A stretch of 64,000 nucleotides of DNA from an uncultured Aliarcobacter sp. Lineage in GTDB: Bacteria; Campylobacterota; Campylobacteria; Campylobacterales; Arcobacteraceae. The notes beneath the pieces were generated by a model. It saw nothing but the letters and a program-made list of their open reading frames with translations. It had not been told where the DNA came from and did not search any database. Position 1 is the first letter of the stretch. Every line of letters begins with the position of its first letter. The translations under genes and the position numbers were made by a program. The stretch covers positions 2,464,001-2,528,000 of the forward strand of contig OY781945.1 of assembly GCA_963677435.1 (NCBI GenBank). Direction: 5' to 3'. Below, in pieces: positions 1 through 9,753 of this stretch.

Positions 1-1413
1 ATTTCTAACACCCATTCCAAACTCCCAATTGTCAAGTATTTTACCTGCAATTTTTAATTCACTTGGGTATTTTGTTTGTAATTTATAACTAACAGTAGGA
101 AGAGTACCTATAAATGCAAAAAGTTTTCCTTGGCTGACTTTATCCAAACCATCATCTATATCTTTTACTTCAATAATATTTAAAAATGGATATTTTTCTT
201 TAAGCAATTTTGCAAAGGCATATTCACTAGGAATTCCTATTTTATAACCTTTCAAATCTTTAATTTCATTAATAAATGGCACATTTAATTTTGTACTTAT
301 TACAAGTGGTACATTTAAATAAGGTGTTGTAAAATTAAGGTATTCTCTTCTTTGAGCTGTTGGAACTATTAAAGATGAAACATCACATATTCTGTTTTTC
401 CCATAATCTAATGATTGATTCCATGAATCAGTTTTTATCACTTTAAATTTAGTTGATAAAATATCTTCAAATAATTTAAAATAATCAGCACTCATTCCAA
501 TATATTCACCATTTTTATCAAATGCCTCAAAGGGCATTCCATTTGGATTAATACACAAAGTTATTTGCTTTTTTTGTTTTAAATATTTACTTTCCTCTAT
601 ACTTAAAGAGATAAATCGTTTATCACTTTCATTATATTTAACATCAATCCAACGATCTGTAATAGTTTCCCATTCATCTTTTCGTATATCTGCTAAAGCT
701 TTTTCAATGATTGATTTAAGAAGGGGTTTTTCAGGAATTATTCCAAAACGCAAATCTTCTTTATTGATATTTGGTAGTTTTAATTCTCCTGCTAATTTTA
801 GATTTGTATAAACATTTTTTTTGATTAAATAGTTGATATTTGGTAGATTCTGAATTAGTGCATCAATTTTACCAAAGACTAAAGCTTGTGTAATCTCTTC
901 ATATGTCTCATAAAATATAATATTAATGTTTTTCATTTCAAGTAATTCTTTGTTATAAAAAACATCTTTTAAAACACCAACTTTTTTCCCACTTAAACTA
1001 TGTAAATCTTTATAATCTTTAAAGTCATCCCTTACAAAAATCATAATAGGAATCTCATAATATGGTTTTGTGTATAAAGTAAAAGGTTCTCTCTCTTCTT
1101 TATATGAAATACTTGTAATCATATCAACTTTTTTTGTAGTAAAAGCATATAAATTTTTATTCCAAACTCCAAATTGTTTAGTAAACTTTAAACCGGTTTT
1201 TTGTGATAATAAAGATAGCAAATCATGTTCAAAACCAACAACTCTATCATCAACAATATATGAAAAAGGAGAAAAATCAGGCATCAAAGCAACTTTTACA
1301 CTTTGATTTGTAATAATAAAATCTTTTTCTTCTTCTGTAAAAGTTATTGCATTTATTGAATTTGGAAATAGGTTTATTAATAAAAATAAGAAGTAAAAAT
1401 TTTTTATATTCAT
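1..1413 (-). CDS. Sensor protein with tandem periplasmic solute-binding (SBP_bac_3/Venus flytrap) domains, BvgS-like; partial, runs off the window's left edge
   Basis: Not in the ORF track. Translated by hand from ATG at 1413: MNIKNFYFLFLLINLFPNSINAITFTEEEKDFI...VKVALMPDFSPFSY; the second domain begins ITLCINPNGMPFEAFDKNGEYIGMSADYF and contains YLNFTTPY. Signal-like N-terminus. The output domain (kinase or GGDEF) lies outside the window. Confidence 0.85.
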   Translation of the reverse strand, partial: MNIKNFYFLFLLINLFPNSINAITFTEEEKDFIITNQSVKVALMPDFSPFSYIVDDRVVGFEHDLLSLLSQKTGLKFTKQFGVWNKNLYAFTTKKVDMITSISYKEEREPFTLYTKPYYEIPIMIFVRDDFKDYKDLHSLSGKKVGVLKDVFYNKELLEMKNINIIFYETYEEITQALVFGKIDALIQNLPNINYLIKKNVYTNLKLAGELKLPNINKEDLRFGIIPEKPLLKSIIEKALADIRKDEWETITDRWIDVKYNESDKRFISLSIEESKYLKQKKQITLCINPNGMPFEAFDKNGEYIGMSADYFKLFEDILSTKFKVIKTDSWNQSLDYGKNRICDVSSLIVPTAQRREYLNFTTPYLNVPLVISTKLNVPFINEIKDLKGYKIGIPSEYAFAKLLKEKYPFLNIIEVKDIDDGLDKVSQGKLFAFIGTLPTVSYKLQTKYPSELKIAGKILDNWEFGMGVRN

Positions 1414-1485
1414 ATAAATAGCCTTAATAAAATTTAATAAAGTTTTATATAGTACCAAAAAAGTTTTAAGTTTATTATTTATTTA

Positions 1486-2061
1486 CTAATTTAGTTTTCG
1501 AACCCCTATTGATTGTTTTTTCATTCTATACATTTCACAATCTTCATTTTCAAATTCAACATAATCTAAAATTTCAAATCTTTCATCAAAAAAACTTTTT
1601 AACTCATCTTTTTGTAATAAAAAATCAGGGTTTGATGATGGTTTTTCATTTAATATATCGTGCATATATGTTTCTATAAAAAGTACCCCATCAATTTTGA
1701 GTGCAGATGCTAATTTTGGTATTAAATTTCTATCAAGAAAATTTGTCATTACAATCAGGTCATAAGAGTTTTTCGGTAGTTCATATTCATCTAAGTCAAC
1801 TAACTTACAAGTAATATTTTCAAAGCCTTTTTTATTTAGTTCATTTAATGCAACTTCAGAAATATCAACAGCAAGTACTTCAAAGCCTTTTAAAGCTAAA
1901 TAAATAGAGTTCCTTCCAGCGCCACTAGCTACATCAAGAGCTTTTTTACCTTTAACTTTTGTAAGTAAGTTGATTAGTTTCTTACTAGGCTCTCTTTTTT
2001 CAAGTAAAGATGGCGTATTTTTGTATTTTTTGTCCCATTTTAATTTGTCATTTAGTGCCAT
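1486..2061 (-). CDS. Class I SAM-dependent methyltransferase, TehB-like
   Basis: Motif I ALDVASGAGRNSIYLA; N-terminal WDKKY. Confidence 0.85.
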   Translation of the reverse strand: MALNDKLKWDKKYKNTPSLLEKREPSKKLINLLTKVKGKKALDVASGAGRNSIYLALKGFEVLAVDISEVALNELNKKGFENITCKLVDLDEYELPKNSYDLIVMTNFLDRNLIPKLASALKIDGVLFIETYMHDILNEKPSSNPDFLLQKDELKSFFDERFEILDYVEFENEDCEMYRMKKQSIGVRKLN

Positions 2062-2094
2062 ATTGTCTCTTTAATAATATTTTTTTGTAAAATA

Positions 2095-2694
2095 TTATAC
2101 TCTTTTAAACTCTTCAATTAACTTCAATGTTTCTAAGTCTTTTGGTCTTCCTCGTTGTTTTAAATGGCTTGTTACTCTTTCATATCTCTCTTTAGTGAAG
2201 GCTTGTCCTAGTTTAAATTTTGCCTTTGTTTCTTCTGGTACAAGTTTATATATACATGTGGCTGCAATGATTTTTTCATACATGGCATCATTAAGAGGAG
2301 TATAGTTTCCTTCTTTTTGATATTTTTTCATTAGCTCTTCTAGAGCTTGGGCTTTTTCATTATAATCTTCTACAAACTCAATTTTACCATCTATGATTAT
2401 AGACTTAAAAAGATGGGTTGCAGGAGCTGCATTTCCCGTATCTGTACTAAAATATGAGGGGAGCAAAGAGTATGCTTCGACTACTGAAAAACTTGCATTT
2501 GCATTCTCTTTTATGTAATCTATTTTTTTACCCTTTTTTGCCCCATGAAAAAACATCTCATTTTTATACTCTACAAAATTAATAGGAAGTGAGTAAGGTT
2601 TGTTATTTAAACATAAAGCAAGTGTTCCGTATTCTGCATTATCTAAAACTTCTTTTATCATCTTATAATCATGTACTTCAAGAATCTTTTGCAT
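2095..2694 (-). CDS. Pyridoxamine 5'-phosphate oxidase-like flavin-binding protein (NimA-like)
   Basis: YGTLAL...PYSLPINF...FFHGAKKGKK...SIIIDG split-barrel FMN-binding pattern. Confidence 0.85.
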   Translation of the reverse strand: MQKILEVHDYKMIKEVLDNAEYGTLALCLNNKPYSLPINFVEYKNEMFFHGAKKGKKIDYIKENANASFSVVEAYSLLPSYFSTDTGNAAPATHLFKSIIIDGKIEFVEDYNEKAQALEELMKKYQKEGNYTPLNDAMYEKIIAATCIYKLVPEETKAKFKLGQAFTKERYERVTSHLKQRGRPKDLETLKLIEEFKRV

Positions 2695-2695
2695 T

Positions 2696-3286
2696 TTATT
2701 CCTTATTGTTTTTTACCCAATCAAATTGCATTTGTTTGGCTGTTTTAATTGCTAAATCTAAGCCTTTTATTCTTGAAATTAAATGAAGACTCATATCAAT
2801 TCCTGCAGAAATTCCAGCACTTGTAAGTATAGTTCCTTCATCTACCCATCTTACATCTTCAACTACATTTAAAGTAGGATAATCTTTTCTTAAATCAGGA
2901 ATATCTTCCCAATGTGTTGTTACTGTGTGATTTGTGATTATTTTTGCCTCAGCTAATAAAAAAGCACCAGTACAAACAGAAGCTACAATTTTGGTATTTT
3001 TTGATTGCTCTTTTATCCAATCTATCACAGCTGTTTTTTTTACTTCTTCTGTATGCACTCCACCCACTATAATTAATACATCAGTTTGAGGTACATTTTC
3101 AAAAGTATAGTGTGAGTTGATTTTATAATTACCTCTTGCTGTTACTGTAGGGCTTTTTTCACTTATCAAAAAAACATTAAACTTTTCGCTATCACCTAAA
3201 AATCTAGAAGCCACAGAAAAAACTTCAAAAGGTCCAGAAAAATCTAAAACCTCAGCATCATCATAAATATAAATTCCAACATTCAT
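2696..3286 (-). CDS. DJ-1/PfpI family protein (isonitrile hydratase-like subfamily)
   Basis: AEVLDFSGPFEVF, catalytic Cys in SVCTGAFLLA, TTHW, TSAGISAGID. Confidence 0.9.
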   Translation of the reverse strand: MNVGIYIYDDAEVLDFSGPFEVFSVASRFLGDSEKFNVFLISEKSPTVTARGNYKINSHYTFENVPQTDVLIIVGGVHTEEVKKTAVIDWIKEQSKNTKIVASVCTGAFLLAEAKIITNHTVTTHWEDIPDLRKDYPTLNVVEDVRWVDEGTILTSAGISAGIDMSLHLISRIKGLDLAIKTAKQMQFDWVKNNKE

Positions 3287-3320
3287 TTTAATTTCCTTTT
3301 TTGTTTAAATAGTTTATCAA

Positions 3321-4898
3321 TCATACTACAGTTAATTTTATATCTTGAAAAGTTGCATTTGTACCGCAAAAACTAAGTTCATTGGATGTGAGTCTATTTA
3401 CTTGCTTATTTCCTGCATAAATTAATATAGAGTTTTTATATATTCTCTCATCATTTTTGACTTTAATTTGTATAGAATCTATTTTAGATGATATTGTTAC
3501 TAATTGATTATCAACAAAACCTTTACTTGGATGAACATAAGCATATTCATCATATTTGAATTGTGAATTCAAAGTATCTGTATGTTTTGATGTTAGAAGA
3601 TAATATTCATCATCTTTGAAATTTAGTAGTTCAACATTTTTTGTATCTTGTTCGATAAACTTTATATCTGGTTTATCATTTACTTTTGTTTTAAAACAAT
3701 CAAGAAATTCATCTTCGCTAAAAAGCCCTTCAAACCCAAACTCATTAAATAAATATGATGTAAGTTCATATTCACTTATGGCATAAGCATTTTCTTCACA
3801 TACTTCACAAAAGGTAAGTTCATCATGTGCATAACTAAGTCTTACATCTTTTTTTTGTAAAAAAGTTTTTGCAGGGATGATTATATCAGCATATTTTGAA
3901 GTTTCATTTGCAGTTGTCCCCATAAATATCACAAAAGTGTTTTTTAATGATTCTACAATATATTTACTATTTGGAGATGATATTACAGGGTTTGCACCTT
4001 GTATAAATACTACATCATAATCATCAAATTTAATATCTGCATAACTGCAAGTTTTACTAGGATTTATAGATATTTTGTTATCAAAAGGATAGGCGCTGTT
4101 ATCTAAGTACCAAACACCTCTATTTTTTTTATCAAAAAGATTTAGTTTATTACATACTTTATCTATCTCATGAAATATAACTGCACCCTCTTTATATTTT
4201 TGAGCCCCAACACCAAGCATTACAGATACTTTTTTGCTAGTCAATAGTTCTACTGTTTGGTTAAACTGCTCTTGCGTGATATTAAGTTTTATTAAATCAT
4301 TTATATCAATATTTTCATTATCCAAAGCTTTTTGGAATAACTTGGCTAAAAGATAATCTCCCTTTGGAGGTATTTGTAAAAAAACTTCAGATTTTTTAGC
4401 TATTGGTGTTGATACAGGATCAATTGTAATAAATATTTTATCTTTAATCAATTTATAAATATGAGCTGATGTTTGTGTAAGATTTCTTCCCCAAACTAAA
4501 ATCACTTCACTACTTACAAGCTCTTCTATACTTGGATTTACATTATACTTTCTACCCATTTCAATACCTGCTTCACCAGAAGCATCACAAATACTTCCAA
4601 CTGCAAATGTAGCACCAATTTTTTCAAAAAACTTCATTGGTATTTTTTGCATAACACCCATGTTACCTGTACCTTTGTAATATAGAATCTTTTGATTAGG
4701 TTCTATTAATTTATCGGCAACTTTTTTTAATGTTTCATTTAAATTTTTATCGATAATATTTTCTTCTTGTATAAGATATGCAAATTTTTTACAAAGCTTT
4801 TTATCTGTTATATAGTCATCATTTGCTTTACAAATACCATCTTTATACACAACTTCACAAGCATCAAAACAATCCATTGGACATGCTGTTAATTTCAT
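3321..4898 (-). CDS. Short molybdopterin-dependent oxidoreductase (DMSO reductase/MopB superfamily)
   Basis: N-terminal ACPMDCFDAC...LC [4Fe-4S] motif, ILVWGRN, GANPVISSPN, TSKYADIIIPA; C-terminal molybdopterin-binding barrel (LNSQF...VHP). No Tat signal. Confidence 0.8.
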   Translation of the reverse strand: MKLTACPMDCFDACEVVYKDGICKANDDYITDKKLCKKFAYLIQEENIIDKNLNETLKKVADKLIEPNQKILYYKGTGNMGVMQKIPMKFFEKIGATFAVGSICDASGEAGIEMGRKYNVNPSIEELVSSEVILVWGRNLTQTSAHIYKLIKDKIFITIDPVSTPIAKKSEVFLQIPPKGDYLLAKLFQKALDNENIDINDLIKLNITQEQFNQTVELLTSKKVSVMLGVGAQKYKEGAVIFHEIDKVCNKLNLFDKKNRGVWYLDNSAYPFDNKISINPSKTCSYADIKFDDYDVVFIQGANPVISSPNSKYIVESLKNTFVIFMGTTANETSKYADIIIPAKTFLQKKDVRLSYAHDELTFCEVCEENAYAISEYELTSYLFNEFGFEGLFSEDEFLDCFKTKVNDKPDIKFIEQDTKNVELLNFKDDEYYLLTSKHTDTLNSQFKYDEYAYVHPSKGFVDNQLVTISSKIDSIQIKVKNDERIYKNSILIYAGNKQVNRLTSNELSFCGTNATFQDIKLTVV

Positions 4899-5156
4899 CT
4901 TGAGCCTTTTATTTTATTTTTAATAATATAGCATTTATCTGTACTTGTATCAAGTGACAATAAATTTATAAAAGTTGGGGACAGTTTAAAATATAGAAAT
5001 AAATGACTAAATATTTTATGTGATTTATGGAATAAAGCATAATGAATGATATAAAAAATAAAAGATTTTTCTTTGAAAACAACTAATTACACATTTATTC
5101 ACTACTATTAGCTAAAATAATAAAAAAATTTAATTTAAACATATAAAAGGAATTTA

Positions 5157-6875
5157 ATGTCAAATGATGATTTATTAAGCTCTGCTCTTTATCTTTTTGC
5201 AGTTGCTGCTATTTTAATAACACTTTCTAAAAGATTAGGTTTGGGAAGTATCTTAGGATTATTAATAGCAGGAATAATTGTAGGGCCTTTTTCACCTGGA
5301 CCTATTTTAACTGAAAATGTTAGCTCGGTTCGGCATCTAACAGAATTTGGTGTTGTACTTTTACTTTTTGTTATAGGCCTTGAAATGCAACCTCAAAAAC
5401 TTTGGAGTATGAGAAAAGAGGTTTTTGGACTAGGAAGTGCACAAATATTAGTTTCAGGATTTTTGATATTTTTATATGCAACTTTATATGCAGAATCTTG
5501 GCAAGTGGCATTGCTTGTTTCTCTAACCTTTGCCCTTTCTTCTACAGCTTTTGTAATGCAGATTTTACAAGAAAAAGGAATCGTTTATTCTGTTGAAGGG
5601 AAAACTAGTTTTTCTATTTTATTAATGCAAGACTTAGCTGTAGTTCCTCTTTTGGCATTAGTGCCAATTGTTGCAATAAATGGAGGTATTACATCTAATC
5701 AACCTGTTTGGCAAGAGATATTAATAGCAATTGGTTCAATTACTGCTTTGATATTATTTGGAAAATATCTTGTACCAAAACTATTGGATTATTTGGCAAA
5801 ACATCAAAATAAAGACGCTTTCTTTTTTTCTGTGTTAACTTCAGTTATATTTGCTGCTTGGGCGATGGAAAAAGCTGGTTTATCAATGTCATTGGGTGCA
5901 TTTATAATGGGAATGATTTTATCAAGCTCAAAATATCATTATCAAATTAGAGCATATGTTGAACCTTACAAAGGGCTTTTAATGGCACTATTTTTTGTGG
6001 CTGTTGGGATGTCTATAGATTTAAAAGAGATGATGAATAATCCTTTTATTCTTTTGCAACATTTAGCTGTTATTATGGGAATAAAAATAGTAGCACTTTT
6101 TGCAATTATGGTTTTTGTAGGATATAAGCGCTCAACTGCTATTTCTGTATCTTTTCTTTTAGCACAAAGTGGAGAGTTTGGATTTGTTGTATTTGGAGCT
6201 ATGAAAGCTGTTGGAGCTATAAATAATGAGATTTTTATTGCTGGAATTACTATTGTCTCATTTAGTATGCTTATAACTCCACTTGTTGTAAAACTTAGTG
6301 AAAAACTTGCAGTAAAATGTGATACAACACCAATTGAAATCAAATCTGTATATATTCCTGAAACACAATCCCAAAGTGTTGTGATTGCTGGATATGGAGA
6401 GGTTGGAAGATTAACAGCTACTATGTTAGAACATGCAAATGTTCCTTTTGTTGCTTTTGATAATGATGCAAAAAGAGTTGAACTAGGTGAAAAAGAAGGT
6501 AGAGCTGTTTATTATGGAGAATTAAGTCATCTTGATTTTATTACTAGAATTGGCTTAGAGAAAGCACAAACAGTTATTGTTACAATTGAAAACCACCATA
6601 CAGCAGCAAATATTGTTTCTCATCTTAGAAATGAGTACCCTGCTTTGCGTATACTTTCAAGAACAAGAAATATGATTACAAGGGATTTATTGATTAAACA
6701 TGGTGTTTCATGGGCAATGCCTGAATCATCAGAAGGTGCTTTGAGATTAGCTGCTGAAACATTATTAGGGATTGGAAGAACAAGGGAAGAAGTTATAGAT
6801 ATTTTAACCTACTTTAGAAAAAATGATTATGAAACAATTAAAGATCTTCTTGGAAAAATAGATAATAGGATATAA
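5157..6875 (+). CDS. CPA2 monovalent cation:proton antiporter with KTN/TrkA-N domain (KefB/KefC-like)
   Basis: EFGVVLLLFVIGLE, ALSSTA, LLMQDLAVVP, LAQSGEFGFV; C-terminal VVIAGYGEVG Rossmann motif; AAAGGA ribosome-binding site. Confidence 0.9.
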   Translation: MSNDDLLSSALYLFAVAAILITLSKRLGLGSILGLLIAGIIVGPFSPGPILTENVSSVRHLTEFGVVLLLFVIGLEMQPQKLWSMRKEVFGLGSAQILVSGFLIFLYATLYAESWQVALLVSLTFALSSTAFVMQILQEKGIVYSVEGKTSFSILLMQDLAVVPLLALVPIVAINGGITSNQPVWQEILIAIGSITALILFGKYLVPKLLDYLAKHQNKDAFFFSVLTSVIFAAWAMEKAGLSMSLGAFIMGMILSSSKYHYQIRAYVEPYKGLLMALFFVAVGMSIDLKEMMNNPFILLQHLAVIMGIKIVALFAIMVFVGYKRSTAISVSFLLAQSGEFGFVVFGAMKAVGAINNEIFIAGITIVSFSMLITPLVVKLSEKLAVKCDTTPIEIKSVYIPETQSQSVVIAGYGEVGRLTATMLEHANVPFVAFDNDAKRVELGEKEGRAVYYGELSHLDFITRIGLEKAQTVIVTIENHHTAANIVSHLRNEYPALRILSRTRNMITRDLLIKHGVSWAMPESSEGALRLAAETLLGIGRTREEVIDILTYFRKNDYETIKDLLGKIDNRI

Positions 6876-6883
6876 AGTAAAAA

Positions 6884-6916
6884 ATTAGATTGTATATTTA
6901 CAATATACAATCTAAT
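6884..6916. terminator. Perfect 15-bp inverted repeat; probable bidirectional terminator between convergent genes
   Basis: ATTAGATTGTATATT-TAC-AATATACAATCTAAT lies between the antiporter stop (6875) and the GGDEF stop (6926). Confidence 0.7.
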
Positions 6917-6925
6917 AACTATACA

Positions 6926-8305
6926 TTAAATTTCATCTTCAGCTATTACTATATTTTTTCCACTATTTTTAGCTTTATATAAAACAGTATCAACTCTTTT
7001 AAACAATCTTTCTTTATTATCACTATCATTACAAACAGCAACTCCAAAACTACAAGTTACACCAAAATTAATAGTATTAAATTTATATTTTGAAATAACA
7101 TTTTTCAAATTTGTTGCTACAATTTTAGCTTGTTCAAGAGTTGTTCCAGGCAAAAGGATTACAAATTCTTCTCCACCCCATCGTGAAAGGGTATCTGTAC
7201 TTCTAATATTTTCTGAGATTAATTTTGTCATTGTTTTTAAAACATCATCACCTATGTCATGTCCAAAGGTGTCATTTATTAATTTAAAATCATCAACATC
7301 TAATAAAATTATACTAAGTTGATTTCTTTGCATTTTTGCTTTTTGGAATTCTAAATCAAAAAATTCTTCAAACTTCATTCTATTAAAAACACCTGTTAAA
7401 ACATCAATTGAAGCTTGTTCTTCTAAAGTTTGTGCCATTGAATATAATTCATCAACTTTATGTTTCATAGCTTTATTTAAAGTACTTAGTTGCTCTTTTG
7501 CTTGTTCAAATTCAGTTACATCATGTCTAATTGCAATATATTCAACCACATCACCATCTATATCTAAAATAGGAACAATTGTAGAATAAACAGTATAACT
7601 TTTACCATCTTTTTGAATATTAGTTATTAAGCCATTCCAAGTTTTTTTTGCTTTTATTGTGTCCCAAAGTTCTTTATAAATACGAGATGGCATTATTGGA
7701 TGTCTCACAATATTATGTGGTTTTCCAATTAATTCTTCTCTTTTATAACCTGAAACTTCACAAAATTTATCATTTACATAAGTGATAATTCCTTTAGGAT
7801 TTGTTTTTGAAACAATATTACTTAAATCAACTGCTTTTTTGTATTCATTTAACAAATTTGAATGATCATCTCTAAAATCACAATCTTTTTCTTTCATTTG
7901 CTCATATTTAATAAACAATTCATTATTTATTTTTAAAAAGTTTTTCTCTACATCATCTAATAAAACAAAAGAAGAGATTCCTTCTTTATAAAAATAGTAA
8001 ATAAGACTACTTTTTAAACAAGTTAATAGTGTAAATAATTCGGAGATATTTAAATAAGATTTACTTAATATTTGCAAAAATTTTATTTTTACTGGACATT
8101 CAGATATTGCAACATCCCATTGCATAACACCAAGAAGACAATCAAAAAATTCGTAAAAAACCTTTCTATCTTCAGTAGTTAAAACTAGTTGATGAATTGC
8201 AAATATATTTTTCACTTCATCAACATTAAGCCAATTATCTATAATTAAATTTTTATTAATTCTAAGAAAATCACAAAATTCTTTTAATTGAACTACTCTT
8301 TTCAC
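6926..8305 (-). CDS. PAS-domain diguanylate cyclase (GGDEF)
   Basis: PAS: SKTNPKGIITYVNDKFCEVSGY...GKPHNIVRHP. Cyclase: DVLTGVFNR, DVDDFKLINDTFGHDIGD, RSTD I-site and RWGGEEF. GTG start with AGGAG. Confidence 0.93.
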   Translation of the reverse strand: MKRVVQLKEFCDFLRINKNLIIDNWLNVDEVKNIFAIHQLVLTTEDRKVFYEFFDCLLGVMQWDVAISECPVKIKFLQILSKSYLNISELFTLLTCLKSSLIYYFYKEGISSFVLLDDVEKNFLKINNELFIKYEQMKEKDCDFRDDHSNLLNEYKKAVDLSNIVSKTNPKGIITYVNDKFCEVSGYKREELIGKPHNIVRHPIMPSRIYKELWDTIKAKKTWNGLITNIQKDGKSYTVYSTIVPILDIDGDVVEYIAIRHDVTEFEQAKEQLSTLNKAMKHKVDELYSMAQTLEEQASIDVLTGVFNRMKFEEFFDLEFQKAKMQRNQLSIILLDVDDFKLINDTFGHDIGDDVLKTMTKLISENIRSTDTLSRWGGEEFVILLPGTTLEQAKIVATNLKNVISKYKFNTINFGVTCSFGVAVCNDSDNKERLFKRVDTVLYKAKNSGKNIVIAEDEI

Positions 8306-8331
8306 CCTGCTCCTTAACTTTCAACTTAATA

Positions 8332-9753
8332 TTAATTATTTTCAGCTATATCTTGTAAAAATTTAATTGTCATTCTAACACCTGTTCCACTTGCTCCATG
8401 TGGATTATATCCCCAAGGTTTTTCTACAAAAGCAGGTCCCGCTATATCAAAGTGAATCCATTTTTCTTTGTTTTCTTCATAAATAAAGTTATCTAAAAAC
8501 ATTCCAGCTGTAATTGCTCCACCATATCTTGTACTTGCAATATTACAAATATCAGCAATTTCTGATTTAATAGCTTTTTTCAAATATCTATTAAAATCTA
8601 AACTTGTTGCATATTCACCAGATTTTAAAGCAGATAAAACAGCATTTCTTTTTAGTATTTCATTATTTCCCATAACTCCTGTTGTATATTCACCAACTCC
8701 AACAACACAAGCACCAGTTAGTGTTGCATAATCAAAAATATAATCAACATCTTTTATTTCATCTTGGGCATAACATAAACAATCAGCAAGAACAAGTCTT
8801 CCCTCTGCATCTGTATTTCGCACTTCAATAGTTTTACCATTTTTAGCTTTTAAAACATCATCAGGTTTATAAGCATTTCCACCAATCATATTTTCAACGG
8901 CTCCTACAATTCCATGAACTTCAAAAGGAAGCTCTAATTTTGCGATTGCCCAAAGCGTTGACATAACAGCACAACCACCTGATTTATCAGCTTTCATAGT
9001 AACCATAAAATCAGCAGGTTTTAAAGATAATCCTCCCGAATCATAAGTTAAACCTTTTCCAACTAAAACAATTTTAGCTTGTGGATTTTTAGGTTTGTAA
9101 GATAAATGAATAAGTTTTGATTCATGAATAGAAGCTCTTCCAACGCTAAGCATTGCATTCATTCCATTCTCTTTCAAGAATTTTTCACCCTCAATTTTAA
9201 CTTCAATATCTGCACTTTTTGCAAGTTTTTTTGCTATTTTTGCCATTACTTCAGGATAAAAATCAGCAGGTGGTGTATTTACCATATTTCTTGTTTTATT
9301 TACAGCTTTTGTGATTATTTTTGATTCATTTAATATTTGTTCTAATTTATCATTTTTATCGGATACTAAAATCTGAACTTCAATTTTCTTTTTGTTTTTT
9401 TCTGATTTGTAGTTTTCAAATTTGTATTCACCTAAAAACAAACCTTCAACTAAAGCTTTGAAATTATTCTGTAATACTTCAGTTAACTCTATTTTTACAT
9501 TTTCAAATTTTGTTGTTTGAAGTTTTTTAATTGCTGTTGCACTTGCAATTGCAATTGAGTCATAATCTTCTTCTTCATAACCTACATAAATCTTTTTTGA
9601 TTCTGCTAATAATACACAAGTTTCATCTTTTGCTTTAAACTCTAAAGTCTCTAAAAGCTCTTTATCAACTAAATTTTCAACATCTTTTACAAAAATAATT
9701 TCTATTTCTGAACTGTTTTTTTCTGCACTTTTATCAATCAAATTAATTTTCAT
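8332..9753 (-). CDS. pepA: Leucyl aminopeptidase (M17)
   Basis: VGKGLTYDSGGLSLK, NTDAEGRLVLAD, ATLTG, HFDIAG. Confidence 0.95.
   Translation of the reverse strand: MKINLIDKSAEKNSSEIEIIFVKDVENLVDKELLETLEFKAKDETCVLLAESKKIYVGYEEEDYDSIAIASATAIKKLQTTKFENVKIELTEVLQNNFKALVEGLFLGEYKFENYKSEKNKKKIEVQILVSDKNDKLEQILNESKIITKAVNKTRNMVNTPPADFYPEVMAKIAKKLAKSADIEVKIEGEKFLKENGMNAMLSVGRASIHESKLIHLSYKPKNPQAKIVLVGKGLTYDSGGLSLKPADFMVTMKADKSGGCAVMSTLWAIAKLELPFEVHGIVGAVENMIGGNAYKPDDVLKAKNGKTIEVRNTDAEGRLVLADCLCYAQDEIKDVDYIFDYATLTGACVVGVGEYTTGVMGNNEILKRNAVLSALKSGEYATSLDFNRYLKKAIKSEIADICNIASTRYGGAITAGMFLDNFIYEENKEKWIHFDIAGPAFVEKPWGYNPHGASGTGVRMTIKFLQDIAENN

Noticed and set aside
1070..1306. 78-aa plus-strand ORF
   Set aside because: Antisense shadow of the minus-strand sensor gene (1-1413), which has clear domain motifs.
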